Positions 12,901 to 25,244 of a DNA stretch of 64,000 bases are shown here, piece after piece. Each line of letters opens with the position of its first letter. Within the stretch, counting starts at the first letter, position 1. The notes under the pieces are model-generated. The model saw only the letters and a program-made list of their open reading frames with translations. It was not told where the DNA came from and did not search any database. The translations under genes and the position numbers were made by a program. Source of the stretch: Proteromonas lacertae (taxonomy: Eukaryota); NCBI GenBank assembly GCA_002245135.1, contig NGBS01000303.1, positions 62,001 through 126,000 on the forward strand. Direction: 5' to 3'.

Positions 12901-14663
12901 ATTATGATTTGTTGGTGTTCTGGGAGTTGACATAATATCAGCTGTACTTTCTATCAATCCTTTATTCATCATACTTGACATTAATTGAGATTTACGTAAT
13001 TTCTGTTGAACTTGACGTTGTTGTAATAATCGAGTATGTTCTTCTAGTTGAAGTGATTTATTATTAATATTTGTGGGAGATTGTAATTCAGTAGATTGGT
13101 TTGCATCATCTTCATTTTCTTCTTCCATTAGTTTGTTAATTTCTGCATTTGTACTTTGGTATTTCAATTCTATATCGTTTATGATTGGAGTAATTTCACC
13201 TCTTCTTTCTACTAATTTTGATCTATTCTCTATTTCTAAATTAATAGAATCTCTAATTTTATTGATTCTAAATAGAAATTGCTTTCTTTTACAATTATAT
13301 ATTCTATTTACTGTCAATTGGACTTCATCTCTTCTTTTCTTTATGTATTTTTGATATGCCTCTGGTGATAATGTTGTTTGTTTTGTACTGGAGGATGAAA
13401 GAGTTGTAACATGTGATGATTCTTCATGTATTGATGATAATTCTTTTACTGTTCCATTATCTGATTCTTTAGTTTCATCTTTCGAATGATTATCTTGATT
13501 TGGTGTTTCTCTTATTTCTGGTATGATTATTTCTAATTTTGATTCATTTTTGTTTCTTCTTCGTTCTGTTTATTCTCACTTATTTTCAGTTCATTTTCTT
13601 TCTTTTCTTCATTTTTTACTTCTCCTATTTTTAGTTCTTCTAACTTAGTTTCTTCCTTTTTAATCTCTTCTTTCTTTTCTTCTTTCTTTTCTTCTTCTTT
13701 ACTTTCTTCTTTCTTCTCTACTTCTTTATTATCTTCATTCTTTTTTCTACGATAAATATATAAAAAAACACGAAAATATACTGAAATATTTCTCTCAAAC
13801 AGCATTCTTCATGACTAACTAATAATTGAGTTAATATATTCTTCCCACATATTTGACATGGTTGAAATATTGTAGTATGTATTTTCTTATTTATTTTATT
13901 TTGTAATGATAATATTTGATTTAGTTTTGATTGTTGTTCTTCCTCTTTTTTCATTTTTAATTCATCTTCTGCTGTTTTTGGTCTTGCTGATGTTGGTACA
14001 GGTTTCATTGTATTGTTATTGTCATTATTTTGTTCTGTTTTATTATTGGATGGTAAGACTGGCAAATTATTGGTTTGTGCTTTACAAATTCCTAATTTTT
14101 CACTTACAAATAATTAAGAAAAACATTTTAATTATAATAATTAGAAAAAAAGATATGTAACATTTTCACTCGATCAGATAATTCATCAATATGAGGACTA
14201 TAATATATAAATATGAATAAAGAGAGAAATACATTAATCCCTTTGATAAATCACTAGATTTCTTTATATCTTCACTTAAATGGTTTAAATCTGATGTTAA
14301 CTGGAATTGAGCACAAGCTCTATCTAACGCTTTCCTGTCTATATTTGTAATATCTCTCCCTCTATCTATTTCTTCAAACAAATATTCTAATCGCTTTTCT
14401 CTATCATGATTCTTTTCAATGGTTCTTACTGCATGATCTCTTTTGATTTTATAAATTAAATCCTTTTGTTGTTTATCTCTATTTTCGTAAATTCTTCTTT
14501 TCAATTTCATAGCAACAGATGATTTAGGATTTGGTGGCACCATCAGTTCTTCCATTTCTTCCATATACCGCTGTTTTCTTTCCTTTTCAATACTTTTTCG
14601 GTATGGTATGATTGATAAACGTCTGGATACTCTTTTTGAATCATCATTAGGTATTGGATCCAT
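9904..14663 (-). CDS. Large protein: C2HC zinc finger, coiled coil, TPR, WD40 repeats, C-terminal LysM (10 introns including one U12-type; 1-nt frameshift near 13550)
   Basis: Successive ORFs join in frame via short introns. CQICGK...HEECC; TPR-like helices; GH..WD repeats; LysM-like YKIKEDKKIEDICEKYKVKVEDILKWNNVKDPKFLKEGLEIIV. Confidence 0.7.
14104..14156 (-). other. U12-type intron, AT-AA, 53 nt
   Basis: 5' ATATCTTTTT; branch TTCTTAAT; removal gives in-frame VKML-R-EKLGICK. Confidence 0.72.
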
Positions 14664-14729
14664 TCAAAAAACAAAAACTCGTTTTTTATTTGTCGAGTCA
14701 AACTATTTTTTCATTTTGATTTTTTTAAA

Positions 14730-15209
14730 ATGTCATCAGCTCAACAAACAGAATTACAAGAACTTAGTAAAAAGTTCCAAACATTACAAACTGGTATTTA
14801 TTCGTTGTACTAGTGGTTATAGAAATACAAGAACTTCAAAATCAAAAACAAAACTACGTTGCTCAAGCTAGCGAAAATAAAATGGTTGAAGAAGTATAAA
14901 ATTTAAATTAATGTTGTGTTATAGGAATTAAAACTATGTAAAGATGATACTGTAGTTTATAAGTTAATTGGACCAGTTTTAGCTAAAAATAGTTTAGAAG
15001 ATGCAAAAACCAATGTAAAGCATAGATTGGATTTGATCCAAAGTCAATTGTATTAGTTTTCTGTGTAATTTAAAAATAGAACAAAAATTGATAAAAAGAT
15101 AGAAGAAAAAACAGATGATATTAGAAAAGTTGAAGAAAGAGCTATAAAAGTTCGTCAACAATTGGCAGCAGCTGCATCAACAGCAACTCCAGTCACTGCA
15201 ACAGCATAA
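14730..15209 (+). CDS. PFDN6: Prefoldin subunit 6 (3 introns; missed by ORF track)
   Basis: Spliced: Q..ENKMVEEELKL...D.VVYKLIGPVLAK..LEDAKTNVKHRLDLI. Confidence 0.9.
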
Positions 15210-15297
15210 ATACTTTATTTCCTTTTATATTATCTTTGTTTTGATAGTATATACACAAAATTTTAAATTAAATATCAAAAATCTCACAGATTAGTCA

Positions 15298-17116
15298 TTA
15301 TTTACTCTTTCTTCTCTTTTTCCTCACAATTATTGTATTTTGATCTTTTATATCTTCTTGCCTAGCATTATTTTGCCTTATTTGCTCATTCATTCTTTTT
15401 TGATTTTCTAATTCTTGTTTCTCTCTATCCAAAGCTTGTTGCTTTGCTTTATCTATTTCTTCTTTTTCTTTATCTTGCTCTATTTCTATCGGTACTTTCT
15501 CTATTGAAGAATTTTCTACTTTCTCTTCGATTATTTTCTTTTCTTCTTCAATTTTCTGTTCTTCACCTTTCTTTATTGATTTTTCTTTTTCTTCTTTTTC
15601 TTTGACATTTTCTTTTGGTTGAACTATTTCTTCTTTTGGCTTTTCTTTATTCATATTATCTAGCAATTCAGATACATCAACTACATTATCATCATTATCA
15701 TTTGTTTTTATTTCAACATTTTGTTTCTCTTTTGGTATTTCTTCTATTTTTACTTCTTCTTTCTTTCTTTCTTCTCTTTTCATGTCTTGTTTTCCTTTTT
15801 CTTGTCTGTTTTCTTCTCGCCTATCTTTCTTCACTTCCTCCTTCTTTATTTCTTCTCTTTTAATTTCTTTATTTTCTTCTTCCTTCTTCATTTCTTGTTT
15901 TATCTTTTCTTGTTTTAATTCTTCCTTTTTCTCATCTTTCTTTATTGCATTTTCTTTTCCCTCTTCCTTCACATTTTCCTGTTTTATTTCTCTTTTTATC
16001 TCTTCATTTCCTTTCTTTTCTTGTGCTCCCATTATTTCATTTTCTTCTTCTTCATCATCATCATCATTAGTATTTCTAAATTGACTTGGAGCAACTTCTG
16101 TTTTTGGTAATGAATTATATATTCTCTCCAACATTTCATTATCATTAACTGCATTCAAATCAATATTATATTTACTAGCTAAATCTTTATTATATAATTC
16201 ATTATCTTTTATTCTATATCCTTTCTCTTTTAATTGTTTATACCTCTGTAATCTTCTTATTTCACTTTCCATTCGTAATCTTTCACTTTCTTCTTTTATT
16301 GATTCTGCTGGTTCTTCTATAACATCATTATTATCTTCGCTATTTTCTTCGTTTTGATTATTATTGTTATTATTATTTCCTATTTCAATATTATCAACCA
16401 CATTTTCCTGAATATCTCCTTCAATAACTGCATTATCATATGATTTCTTTATTCTCTTTTGCTCAATTTTTAGAGTTTTCATAAATGAATTTAATTCCTT
16501 AACTGAAGTTTCATATTCTGTTATTTGGTTTGTTATTGTCCAATCATCTTTATTTGAATTATCTACTATTTTTAGTAATGAATTGATCTTTCGTTGGTAT
16601 GATTGAATCTCTTCTGATACTGATTTTATTCTGTTATTTATATCTTCAAGTTGTTCTTCCAATTGGTTTATATTCTCATCGATACTTTCTAACTCTAAAT
16701 TTGGAGGAAGTGTAAATGATGATAATCTTCGAGAATATTCAGCAGCTTCATTCTTCTTTTCTTGAAATTTTGTATCTAATTCTTGCTTTTTCTTCTCTAA
16801 TTCAATCTTCTCGATTTCATTAGCTTTTCTCATTTCCTATTATATTAATACTTTATATTATACGGCATTAATTTTCCTTCTTTCCAAAATAATTCTTTTC
16901 ATCTCAGTTTTTGCATTTGCTAAACTAATCTGTAATGGTGCATAGTTTTCTGCAGGGTCTGGTTTAAATTCAGGTAATTCTTCTTGGGTATTTACAAAAC
17001 TTATAAATAAACAAGTTCTATATACAAAAAAACGTTAAAATGTGTATTTTGGTATATAACATATAATTATAATTATACATTACCTCAAATATGATTACTG
17101 AATGAATTATTTTCAT
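15298..17116 (-). CDS. E/K-rich coiled-coil protein with possible signal peptide (2 introns)
   Basis: Upstream exons give MKIIHSVIIFEVITCLFISFVNTQEE, spliced in frame to the 511-aa ORF. Confidence 0.6.
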
Positions 17117-17462
17117 TTTTATAAAAATGAAATATTTGAATAACAACTCGCAATTCTATTTTGAAAGATTATATGTTTGTGTTTATTTAAACAGAAGTTG
17201 GAATATAAGGTTGTGGAAAACACAAAATGATAATTAGATGATGTAATAAGTCTGTAACTACAAGAAAACAAGTATTGTTTAATTATTAAAGCATATATAT
17301 GAGTGAAAATCTAGAATCCGAAAGAATATTACATTTATAGAATGAATGTTAAACAAATTTAAGGATTAGATCATTTGAATAAGAAAAATTTGATTTTGAC
17401 ACAATCCATGTAAATTACAGTTTTTGACATTTTTCTTCTTTTTGCTTTTAATCAAAATAAAG

Positions 17463-18276
17463 ATGATAGTTAAATCAAATTTATACAAAGATGAAAGGTA
17501 TTATAGTAATTCGGCATTTTTATACTTAAATAGTCTAATTCGAAAAGCAGTTGATAATGGTTTTGGTGATTTGAAAGTCTTAGTAGAAGGTGAAGAAGTA
17601 ATAACATTAAAATTAGTATTATATTGTTGTAATAACACATTTAAACAAATATTGGATGATAAAGACTTCAAAGATCCTTTAGAATTGTATGAAGGATGTA
17701 GTAAAGACAATTATTTGTTGTTGGAAAGGTATTATGAAGGAAATGAGATAGAAATAGATGATGAAAATTGTGTGAAAATGTTATTAATGTGTGTTTGTTA
17801 CAATGAGAATGGATTAATGAGTGAAATAAAAGATTATATAATGAAAAGAATGAATGAAAATGAAAGAATAGTTGTTGAATTACTGAATGACAAGTTTATG
17901 TTGGAAAATATGAATCTATATGAAATGAAAGTAAAGATGAAAGAGTATGTAAGTGTAAAGAATTATAGATTATTAAATGAAGAAATGATAAATGAGATGA
18001 ATGTTTATAGTATAAAAGAAATCTTTGAAAATGGAGTAATATTCAATGGAGTTAGACAAGAGTTGGATGAATTGCTTTGTAATTATATAAAAATGAATGA
18101 GAAATATATCAGCAAAGAAGAAAATAATATAATGGAAATGATAATGGAAAAAGTTTCAGAAAGTGAAACAAATCATTCAATAAAATATGTTTTAGTTCCA
18201 AAAATAGAAAATCAGAAAATATATGAATTCTTTATAGATAATTATCCAAAAGAAGATGAAGAAATAGAAATAAAAA

Positions 18277-18310
<34 letters not shown>

Positions 18311-19586
18311 CATATAATATAATAGAAGTGGAAATACAAATAATACTAATTATAATATCATATAAAAAAGAGATAGAAAAATTATTAATAAAAGGAAGTA
18401 TTACAATAAAAATGATGATATTGTTAATATGTTATGAATATAAAGTGCAATTAATTGACAAAGATTATAATAAATTACTCTGTGAGTTATTAGATGAATA
18501 TAATCTGAATAAAATGTATGAACATGTAAATATGATGAAAAGAAATGAAAATATTTTAAAATGTGTTTCATTGTTTATGATAAGATGTGGTAATATAAAT
18601 AGCATGCTTGATGCAATCTCAAAGAAATGTGGATTAGAAATATTATATGATTACATCGAAAATGATGAAATATTGAGATTGTATGATTATGATATTGACC
18701 ATATATATTATTATATTCATAAAAGAGGAATTGAAGATAGAGAAAATGATATAATAAATGAGATAATAAAAGATGAAACAAAAAGAAAAAGAATAAAATA
18801 TCGACGAATAAAAAATGTTACATATATAGGAGAAATATATGTAAATGAAGAAGGAGGAGTATTTATTCCTTATGTAGATGGAGATGCTGAAGAATTTTTA
18901 CTAAATTCAGGTAAATTTATTCTATTATTATTATGTGAATAGGTTTACCAGAAGGTCTATTATTTGATGGATGTAATGGAGAAATTAGTGGAATTGCTAG
19001 TGAAATATATTGGGGAGATATAAACATAACACTTAGAAATGTGTGGGGAGAATTTAATTATATAAAGAGTATAAAAATAGATTATAGTATTTATATGTTC
19101 ATATATTAATTCACATTAGGAATTCGCTTTTGCAATGATGATACACATTGTTTAGATGCAACTAATAGAACAATTGTATATTTATATGGTGTGAAAGATA
19201 TAAGATGTTTCTTAAATGTTCAAATGGAAGAAGGTGTTTATCATTTTGTTTTTATCTCATCTTCATTACATTATTCAATAGGAGGTGTATTAGATGTAAA
19301 AGGAAAAGAATACGATGGAAAAGGTAAGTATTGTGAAATAAGATTGGATTGGACAAAACTAAAAGGTAACATAGGTAGAATTCAAAATACAACAAATATT
19401 AACATCGATATGAATAATACAGAAATTGTATTTGATATGAATAATAGAACATTCTCAATTATTGGCAGAGATAGAAATCCTATTATTTTGTTCACTGATT
19501 TACCAAAAGGTTTACATCCATATGTGTACATGGATAGACTGTATGATTCATCAATAGTATTAGCAGATAGTTGGATAGATGAATAA
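17463..19586 (+). CDS. BTB/POZ protein with putative-Ig (He_PIG-like) segment and SPRY-like C-terminus (3 introns)
   Basis: BTB: GDLKVLVEGE....KLVL..C..TFKQIL; SGLPEGLLFDGCNGEISGIA; FDMNNRTFSI...FTDLPKGLHPYV. Confidence 0.6.
18279..18307 (+). repeat. (TA)n microsatellite inside an intron; similar tracts near 10119-10140 and 35048-35064
   Basis: Perfect TA run directly after the GT donor. Confidence 0.85.
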
Positions 19587-19776
19587 ATAATTTTCTATAT
19601 CGTTTATTATACATTTATAGTTATTTATTCAGCTATTCTAACGTGTAGAAGTTTGTATTTTTGTTCCAAAATAAATGAAATATATTCGTTTCATTCAATC
19701 ACTAAACATTTTTTGTCTTTAATAAACAATTGATTTTCAAAACACACATTTTAAATAACAGAATGATGAAAAAAAA

Positions 19777-21903
19777 TTATATCCACTTAGCCTTATTAAC
19801 AGTATAACCAAAATCATATCTTTTAATATTGGCTTGATTCTTCGCATTTTTCATTAATCTCTCAACATAACCTAAAGCATCAAGTTTCTTGGAACTTTTA
19901 GATAAAGTATAAGGAAACAGACATAAAACTTTATTAATATCATCAGAATTAAACACCAAAATATCAGGAAAATTTGGTTTTAATCTTTCAATTAATCTCT
20001 CTAGATCAGAAGTAATATGACTTCCATAGTTAATACAAACCATACTATTATTCTCACAACCAATCAATTTCTTACAATTTAATAAAAATGAATCTTCTAG
20101 AAACTCAGGTGGTGGGAATGAGAGTGAATTATCTCTAGTTTTATAATCAACATCGATCATTATTACATTATAAACATTCTCTTTTGTTTCAGCTTCTTTA
20201 TTAATATAATTCAATCCATTATCAACAATTACATTGCATTTATCATTTTCTATTAATCCAAAATATTGCTTTGCTATATTCACAACAACTGGATCAAGTT
20301 CTATTACTGACATATTAATAGTGTTAAAAGTATTGCATAAAAACAATGGTAATGAACCACCACCTAATCCAACCACTAATATATTCAACGGATTAATTTT
20401 TAATAAATTCTGATTGGCTGCTAAAGCTGTAACGAATAGTTGATGATAGGAGAATGATAAATAACCATAATCAACTATAGTTTGAGGTAATTCTGTATTT
20501 GTTATTAAACTATTATTATTTTTATTCTTTCCTCCCTTTTTATTATTTCCTTTTTTCTGTTTAATTGGTTTTGGAATAATTTTACATTCACTTTGTATTT
20601 CATTACTTTCAGTTGAGAAATATAACCTCAAATAATAACTTCCTTTTTCTTCTTTTTCATCATCAACTTCATCTTCATCAACCTTTTCTACTTCTACTAA
20701 CTCACTTATTTCACTCTTTTCACAATATATAACATTTCTACTACCAATATCATTTCCTGATGTAAAAAATGGAACAGATTCTTCATATCTAATTGGATAA
20801 TATTGAGGTATTAATGGATTCAATTCTTTTTGAACTTCATCCAATGAATTATAGTGGTGATTTCTGTTAATACTGACAAATATTATTCTATTATATTTCG
20901 ACTGATATACTATCTTATTTCTTCCTTCATTACTCTTATAAATCCATTGATTCTCTTTACCTTGAGGTATTATAAATACACCAACTTTTGAAGGTTCATT
21001 TTCATCATAATTGCTTTTATTATTGTCATATATTGATAAATGATATCTTGGCTTTGTTTCATTATATAAAAATATATCCGTTTCATAAACAAAATCGTTG
21101 TTAATTAATTCTAACCTATGTCTTTGGTTGAAATAATATTGAGTTTCTGTTACAATTGGAGAAACTATTGTTATATTATTATCATATTGTTTTGAATAGG
21201 ATGAATTATCAATTCCATCATTCAAACGAAGAAATCCGTCTTGCGGTTGAAAGTGTAATTTTACAATTGGATAATCAGATTGTTCAAGTATTAAGAAAAA
21301 CGGACAAAGTGAAGATTCACTTATATTTGTTGAAATTATTGAAAAATCGATATTCCATGATTTATATTCCACAAACAGTTTGTTAAGAACATAAACTTGC
21401 AATAATGACACGCAGATATATTTTCCATTTGGTTTTAATACTCTTTTTATCTCATTCATCATAGTTGTTACAGAATCTAAAATTTCATTTGAATCATTGC
21501 ACAAAATGGCATCTAAGCATGCTTTATCTAACACAACATCAAATGAGTTGTCTTCAAATGACATTTTAGTTACATCCATCTGAATGAATTCTATTTTGGG
21601 ATAAAGCCTTTCCATTTCATCAACTACTAAATCTGAATAGTCTATATTAATTTGATTGCAATATCCTGCCTCATACCTACAATAAATCAATAATTTTTAT
21701 AAATACATGTCATTAGATAATTTACTATTACCACAACCTATTATTAATATTTTATCTTCTTTTTTGACAGCTTTTGTCAGATATTTTTTTAAAGAATTCC
21801 ATTCAGCATACCATTCAAAAGGTTTTGAGTTCTGTTCTTTAAAAAAATGGTTCCAATACCCTTTGTTATGGAATTCAGCGATATTTTGAGGCAAAACAGA
21901 CAT
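19777..21903 (-). CDS. METTL13: eEF1A lysine and N-terminal dual methyltransferase (1 intron)
   Basis: N-terminal MTase (YW..FF....PFEWY, ILIIGCGNSKLS, FDVVLDKACLDA), FIIPQGKENQW linker, C-terminal spermidine-synthase-like MTase (VVGLGGGSLPLF, ELDPVVV.IA..YFG). Confidence 0.92.
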
Positions 21904-22101
21904 TTAGGCTTGAGAAATCAAATTGAATTATTAACCAATCAGTTATTGAGAAGAAAGCAGTGTTTTTTAAACTGACAGCATTACTGTGAATCTTTAAAAA
22001 ATACTCAAGAATTTTAAAAATATTATTTTGATCAGTGTTTCAAAAAAAAGTTTAGGAATCACCAAGATTGTTTAATCAACGTAATTGCTGAATATAATAG
22101 A

Positions 22102-24957
22102 ATGATCCCCCAACCTCCTAATGTGTATTCGTCTATGTACACTGTTGTAAATGGTGATGCAAACAGTTCAATGTGTAATTATAACGGCTCATTTGCATCA
22201 CCAAACGTACTTTTTGCTCCAATGCCTCAGTATAACCCTTACTCACAGTATAATAATTTTACAAACTCCCAATCTCCGATGAGTAACGTACAACAAGCAT
22301 GTTATTCTGAATTATTAAATAAACAGCAGATAAGTAAAAGAAACAACATACCAATATTACCTAAACCTCCAGATCAAGAATTTGAAGATAAATTGAAAGA
22401 GATTTACGGAGAAGACAAAATTGTTGAAGAAGAGAAGGGATATAAGAGAAAGAGACGTTTTTTTATTGAAAATAGAATAGAAGGTAAAGCAAAGAAGAAG
22501 GTAAAGTCAAATTTTAGAAAGTCACCATATGAAAGTAAAATTGTACCACAATATTCTGATCTTCCTAATATAAAAATGATTGATAAAAGCCAATTCAGCA
22601 ATGTTGAATTATGTAAAATGACATTTTTAGAAAAAATGAAAGTAAAGACATACTGTACATGTTGTAAAAAGGAATTGCCACTATGTGTATTTGGAGTTAA
22701 ATGTGATGGAACTTCACTAAATACATGTGTAAGATGTTGTTTAAAAAGATGTTCATGTAATACATATAATAGAATAGAAACTGATGTTATAAAACAATAT
22801 CGTAGTATGATTAGGATGTATAATAGTGAAGTAGAAAAAATAAATAAAGGAAATAGATACAAACCACCATCACCACCATTAGAAGAAGAAGAAGAAGAAG
22901 AAGTAGAAGAAGAAAATGAAGTGAAGATAGACAACTTGCCTCAAAATGAAGAAACAGAGAAAGAAAAACAGATAAAATTATTGCTAGAAAAGTCAAAAGA
23001 AATGACACAAATTATATCAAAAGAAAGACCAACAGGTTATACTCCTAGAAAACGTTATAATAAAAAAAGATATACCAAGCCAACAGAAGAGGATATAAAG
23101 AGGGAGAAAGAAATGAAAGAAATATTGAAGAAAATTATTCCATTACCAGAAGGAGCTGAAGATGATGATGAAGAAGATAAAGAAAAAACCGAAAATGCAA
23201 ATGAAGATGAAAAAAATAAACAACAACAGAATCAGCTACTACCACGACCAATCCTACCTCAACGGTTAGTAGAACCTACTTATCCATTACAACAAAATTC
23301 TATTCAATCATTTGTATATACACAATGTCAACCACCATTATTCCCACAACAACAACAACAACAACAACAGCAACAACCATTACAACAGCCAGTGCAATTC
23401 CAGCCAATTTCATATACATATTCAACTCAAATTCAACAGCAACCTTTCTATGTTAGTCAGTTACCTCCTCAACCACCACCATCACAACAACAACAACAAC
23501 AACAACCAGAACAAAAATCAAAAAGTAATTCATCTTCCACTAGAACAAAAAGACGTTATGTAAAAAGAAAGTTGACAAAGAATCAATCTAAAAAAGAAAA
23601 AGAAGATGAAACGAAAGAATGGGTTCGATATACTCCACCAATTGCATTGCCATTAGTAAATAACAATTATAATAACATAATAATATCAACATTACCCAGT
23701 CAATTATCACCAAGTAATATAGACCCAAATAGAATGCCATACATACCAATATTACCAAATCAACCTTTACCTCTACCAATACAGAATCAACAAAAAACAA
23801 TAATTCCTTCTAAGGGAGTAAAAAAAACAAAATCTACTCCAAAGAAAATTGAAGATGAAAAAGAAAAGCAAAGAGAAGAAGAAAAACAACAGCTACTACA
23901 GCAACAACAACTTCAGCAAAAGATTAAACTACTACAAAACAAACGAGAACAAATGCATCAACAGCAAATAGAAAGACAACAAATAGAGAAACAAATAGAA
24001 CAACAAATTAAACTACAACAATTACAACTGGAAGAAATTAAAAGACAGCAAACAGAACGACAAAGAATAATTAGAGAGAAAGAATTGGAACAACAAAAGA
24101 TAAAAGATGAAAAACAGGAAGAAGAAATGCTAATAGTAACATCGCAACAAGTAGAAAATCATCATCAACTCACTCTGCAAGAAGGAAAACTACAAGAACA
24201 ACTTCTACAGCAACAAATGAAAATCCAAAGACAACAAATGAAACGACAACAAATTCAACAACCATCTGCACCAGTGAAGCGAAAAAGAGGAAGACCACCA
24301 TTATATGCAAAGAAACCACAATCACAACCACCTAGAAAAATACAAAAGCCAAACCCTCAAATACATCCAAAACCACTACGTTTACCGCTACCTAAAATAC
24401 TACCAATACAACCACAACCACAACTACAACTACAACCACAACTACAACCACAGCAAATACAATTACAACCACAGCAAATACAACCGCCAATAATTCAAGA
24501 ACAACAAGTAAAACAATTAATAAATTTTAGTGAAGTCAACAAACAAGAAGATGGAGAAGAAAATAATAAAGAAGAACAACATCAGCAGCAGCAGCAACAA
24601 CAACAACTAGAAGAAAAGTCTGAAAAGGTACAGTTTTGTGAAGGAGAAATAAAAGTAGAAGTGAATTTGAGAAGAAGTAAAAGTAGGACTAAAAAACAAA
24701 TACAAAGAAGAATTAATCATATAACAGCATATGTTACACCAAGTGTAATAAAGCCACAATTGTTTGAACCCAAATCAATTATGCCGATTATACCAATCCC
24801 ACCACCATCAATAACAACATCTACTAATGAATTGACAATTCCATCTCAACTGTCTATTGATCCCAATTTTAGTGACGATGGATTAGTGCATTTGCCTCAT
24901 CAGGTATATTCTGATTTCTCGCCTAACGATGAACAGATTACAACATCAAAATATTAG
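22102..24957 (+). CDS. Q/P-rich putative nuclear regulator with Cys4-type finger and AT-hook
   Basis: 951-aa intronless ORF; CTCCKKELP...F...NTCVRC; KRKRGRPP AT-hook; poly-Q. Confidence 0.7.
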   Translation: MIPQPPNVYSSMYTVVNGDANSSMCNYNGSFASPNVLFAPMPQYNPYSQYNNFTNSQSPMSNVQQACYSELLNKQQISKRNNIPILPKPPDQEFEDKLKEIYGEDKIVEEEKGYKRKRRFFIENRIEGKAKKKVKSNFRKSPYESKIVPQYSDLPNIKMIDKSQFSNVELCKMTFLEKMKVKTYCTCCKKELPLCVFGVKCDGTSLNTCVRCCLKRCSCNTYNRIETDVIKQYRSMIRMYNSEVEKINKGNRYKPPSPPLEEEEEEEVEEENEVKIDNLPQNEETEKEKQIKLLLEKSKEMTQIISKERPTGYTPRKRYNKKRYTKPTEEDIKREKEMKEILKKIIPLPEGAEDDDEEDKEKTENANEDEKNKQQQNQLLPRPILPQRLVEPTYPLQQNSIQSFVYTQCQPPLFPQQQQQQQQQQPLQQPVQFQPISYTYSTQIQQQPFYVSQLPPQPPPSQQQQQQQPEQKSKSNSSSTRTKRRYVKRKLTKNQSKKEKEDETKEWVRYTPPIALPLVNNNYNNIIISTLPSQLSPSNIDPNRMPYIPILPNQPLPLPIQNQQKTIIPSKGVKKTKSTPKKIEDEKEKQREEEKQQLLQQQQLQQKIKLLQNKREQMHQQQIERQQIEKQIEQQIKLQQLQLEEIKRQQTERQRIIREKELEQQKIKDEKQEEEMLIVTSQQVENHHQLTLQEGKLQEQLLQQQMKIQRQQMKRQQIQQPSAPVKRKRGRPPLYAKKPQSQPPRKIQKPNPQIHPKPLRLPLPKILPIQPQPQLQLQPQLQPQQIQLQPQQIQPPIIQEQQVKQLINFSEVNKQEDGEENNKEEQHQQQQQQQQLEEKSEKVQFCEGEIKVEVNLRRSKSRTKKQIQRRINHITAYVTPSVIKPQLFEPKSIMPIIPIPPPSITTSTNELTIPSQLSIDPNFSDDGLVHLPHQVYSDFSPNDEQITTSKY

Positions 24958-25244
24958 TAATTTAATCAATGAAGTAAAATATCGTAAAAACTATGGTTAA
25001 ATAACAATGAATAGTATATAAATTTATAATTCTGTTAATGATGATGTTTTATTTTTATTTGTTTGTGTTGAAGAAAAAAGTCAAAATACATTTGAACAAA
25101 CCTAAAGTTTGAATTCAAATTTATCGTTTTATTTTTAAGTTTAAGCTCTTTTATAAGAGTTTGTGTTGTAATTTATATATTTATATATTCATTTTATCCA
25201 ATCTATCTCATAACCCCTTTTAATTATAATTTTTATTGATTACA

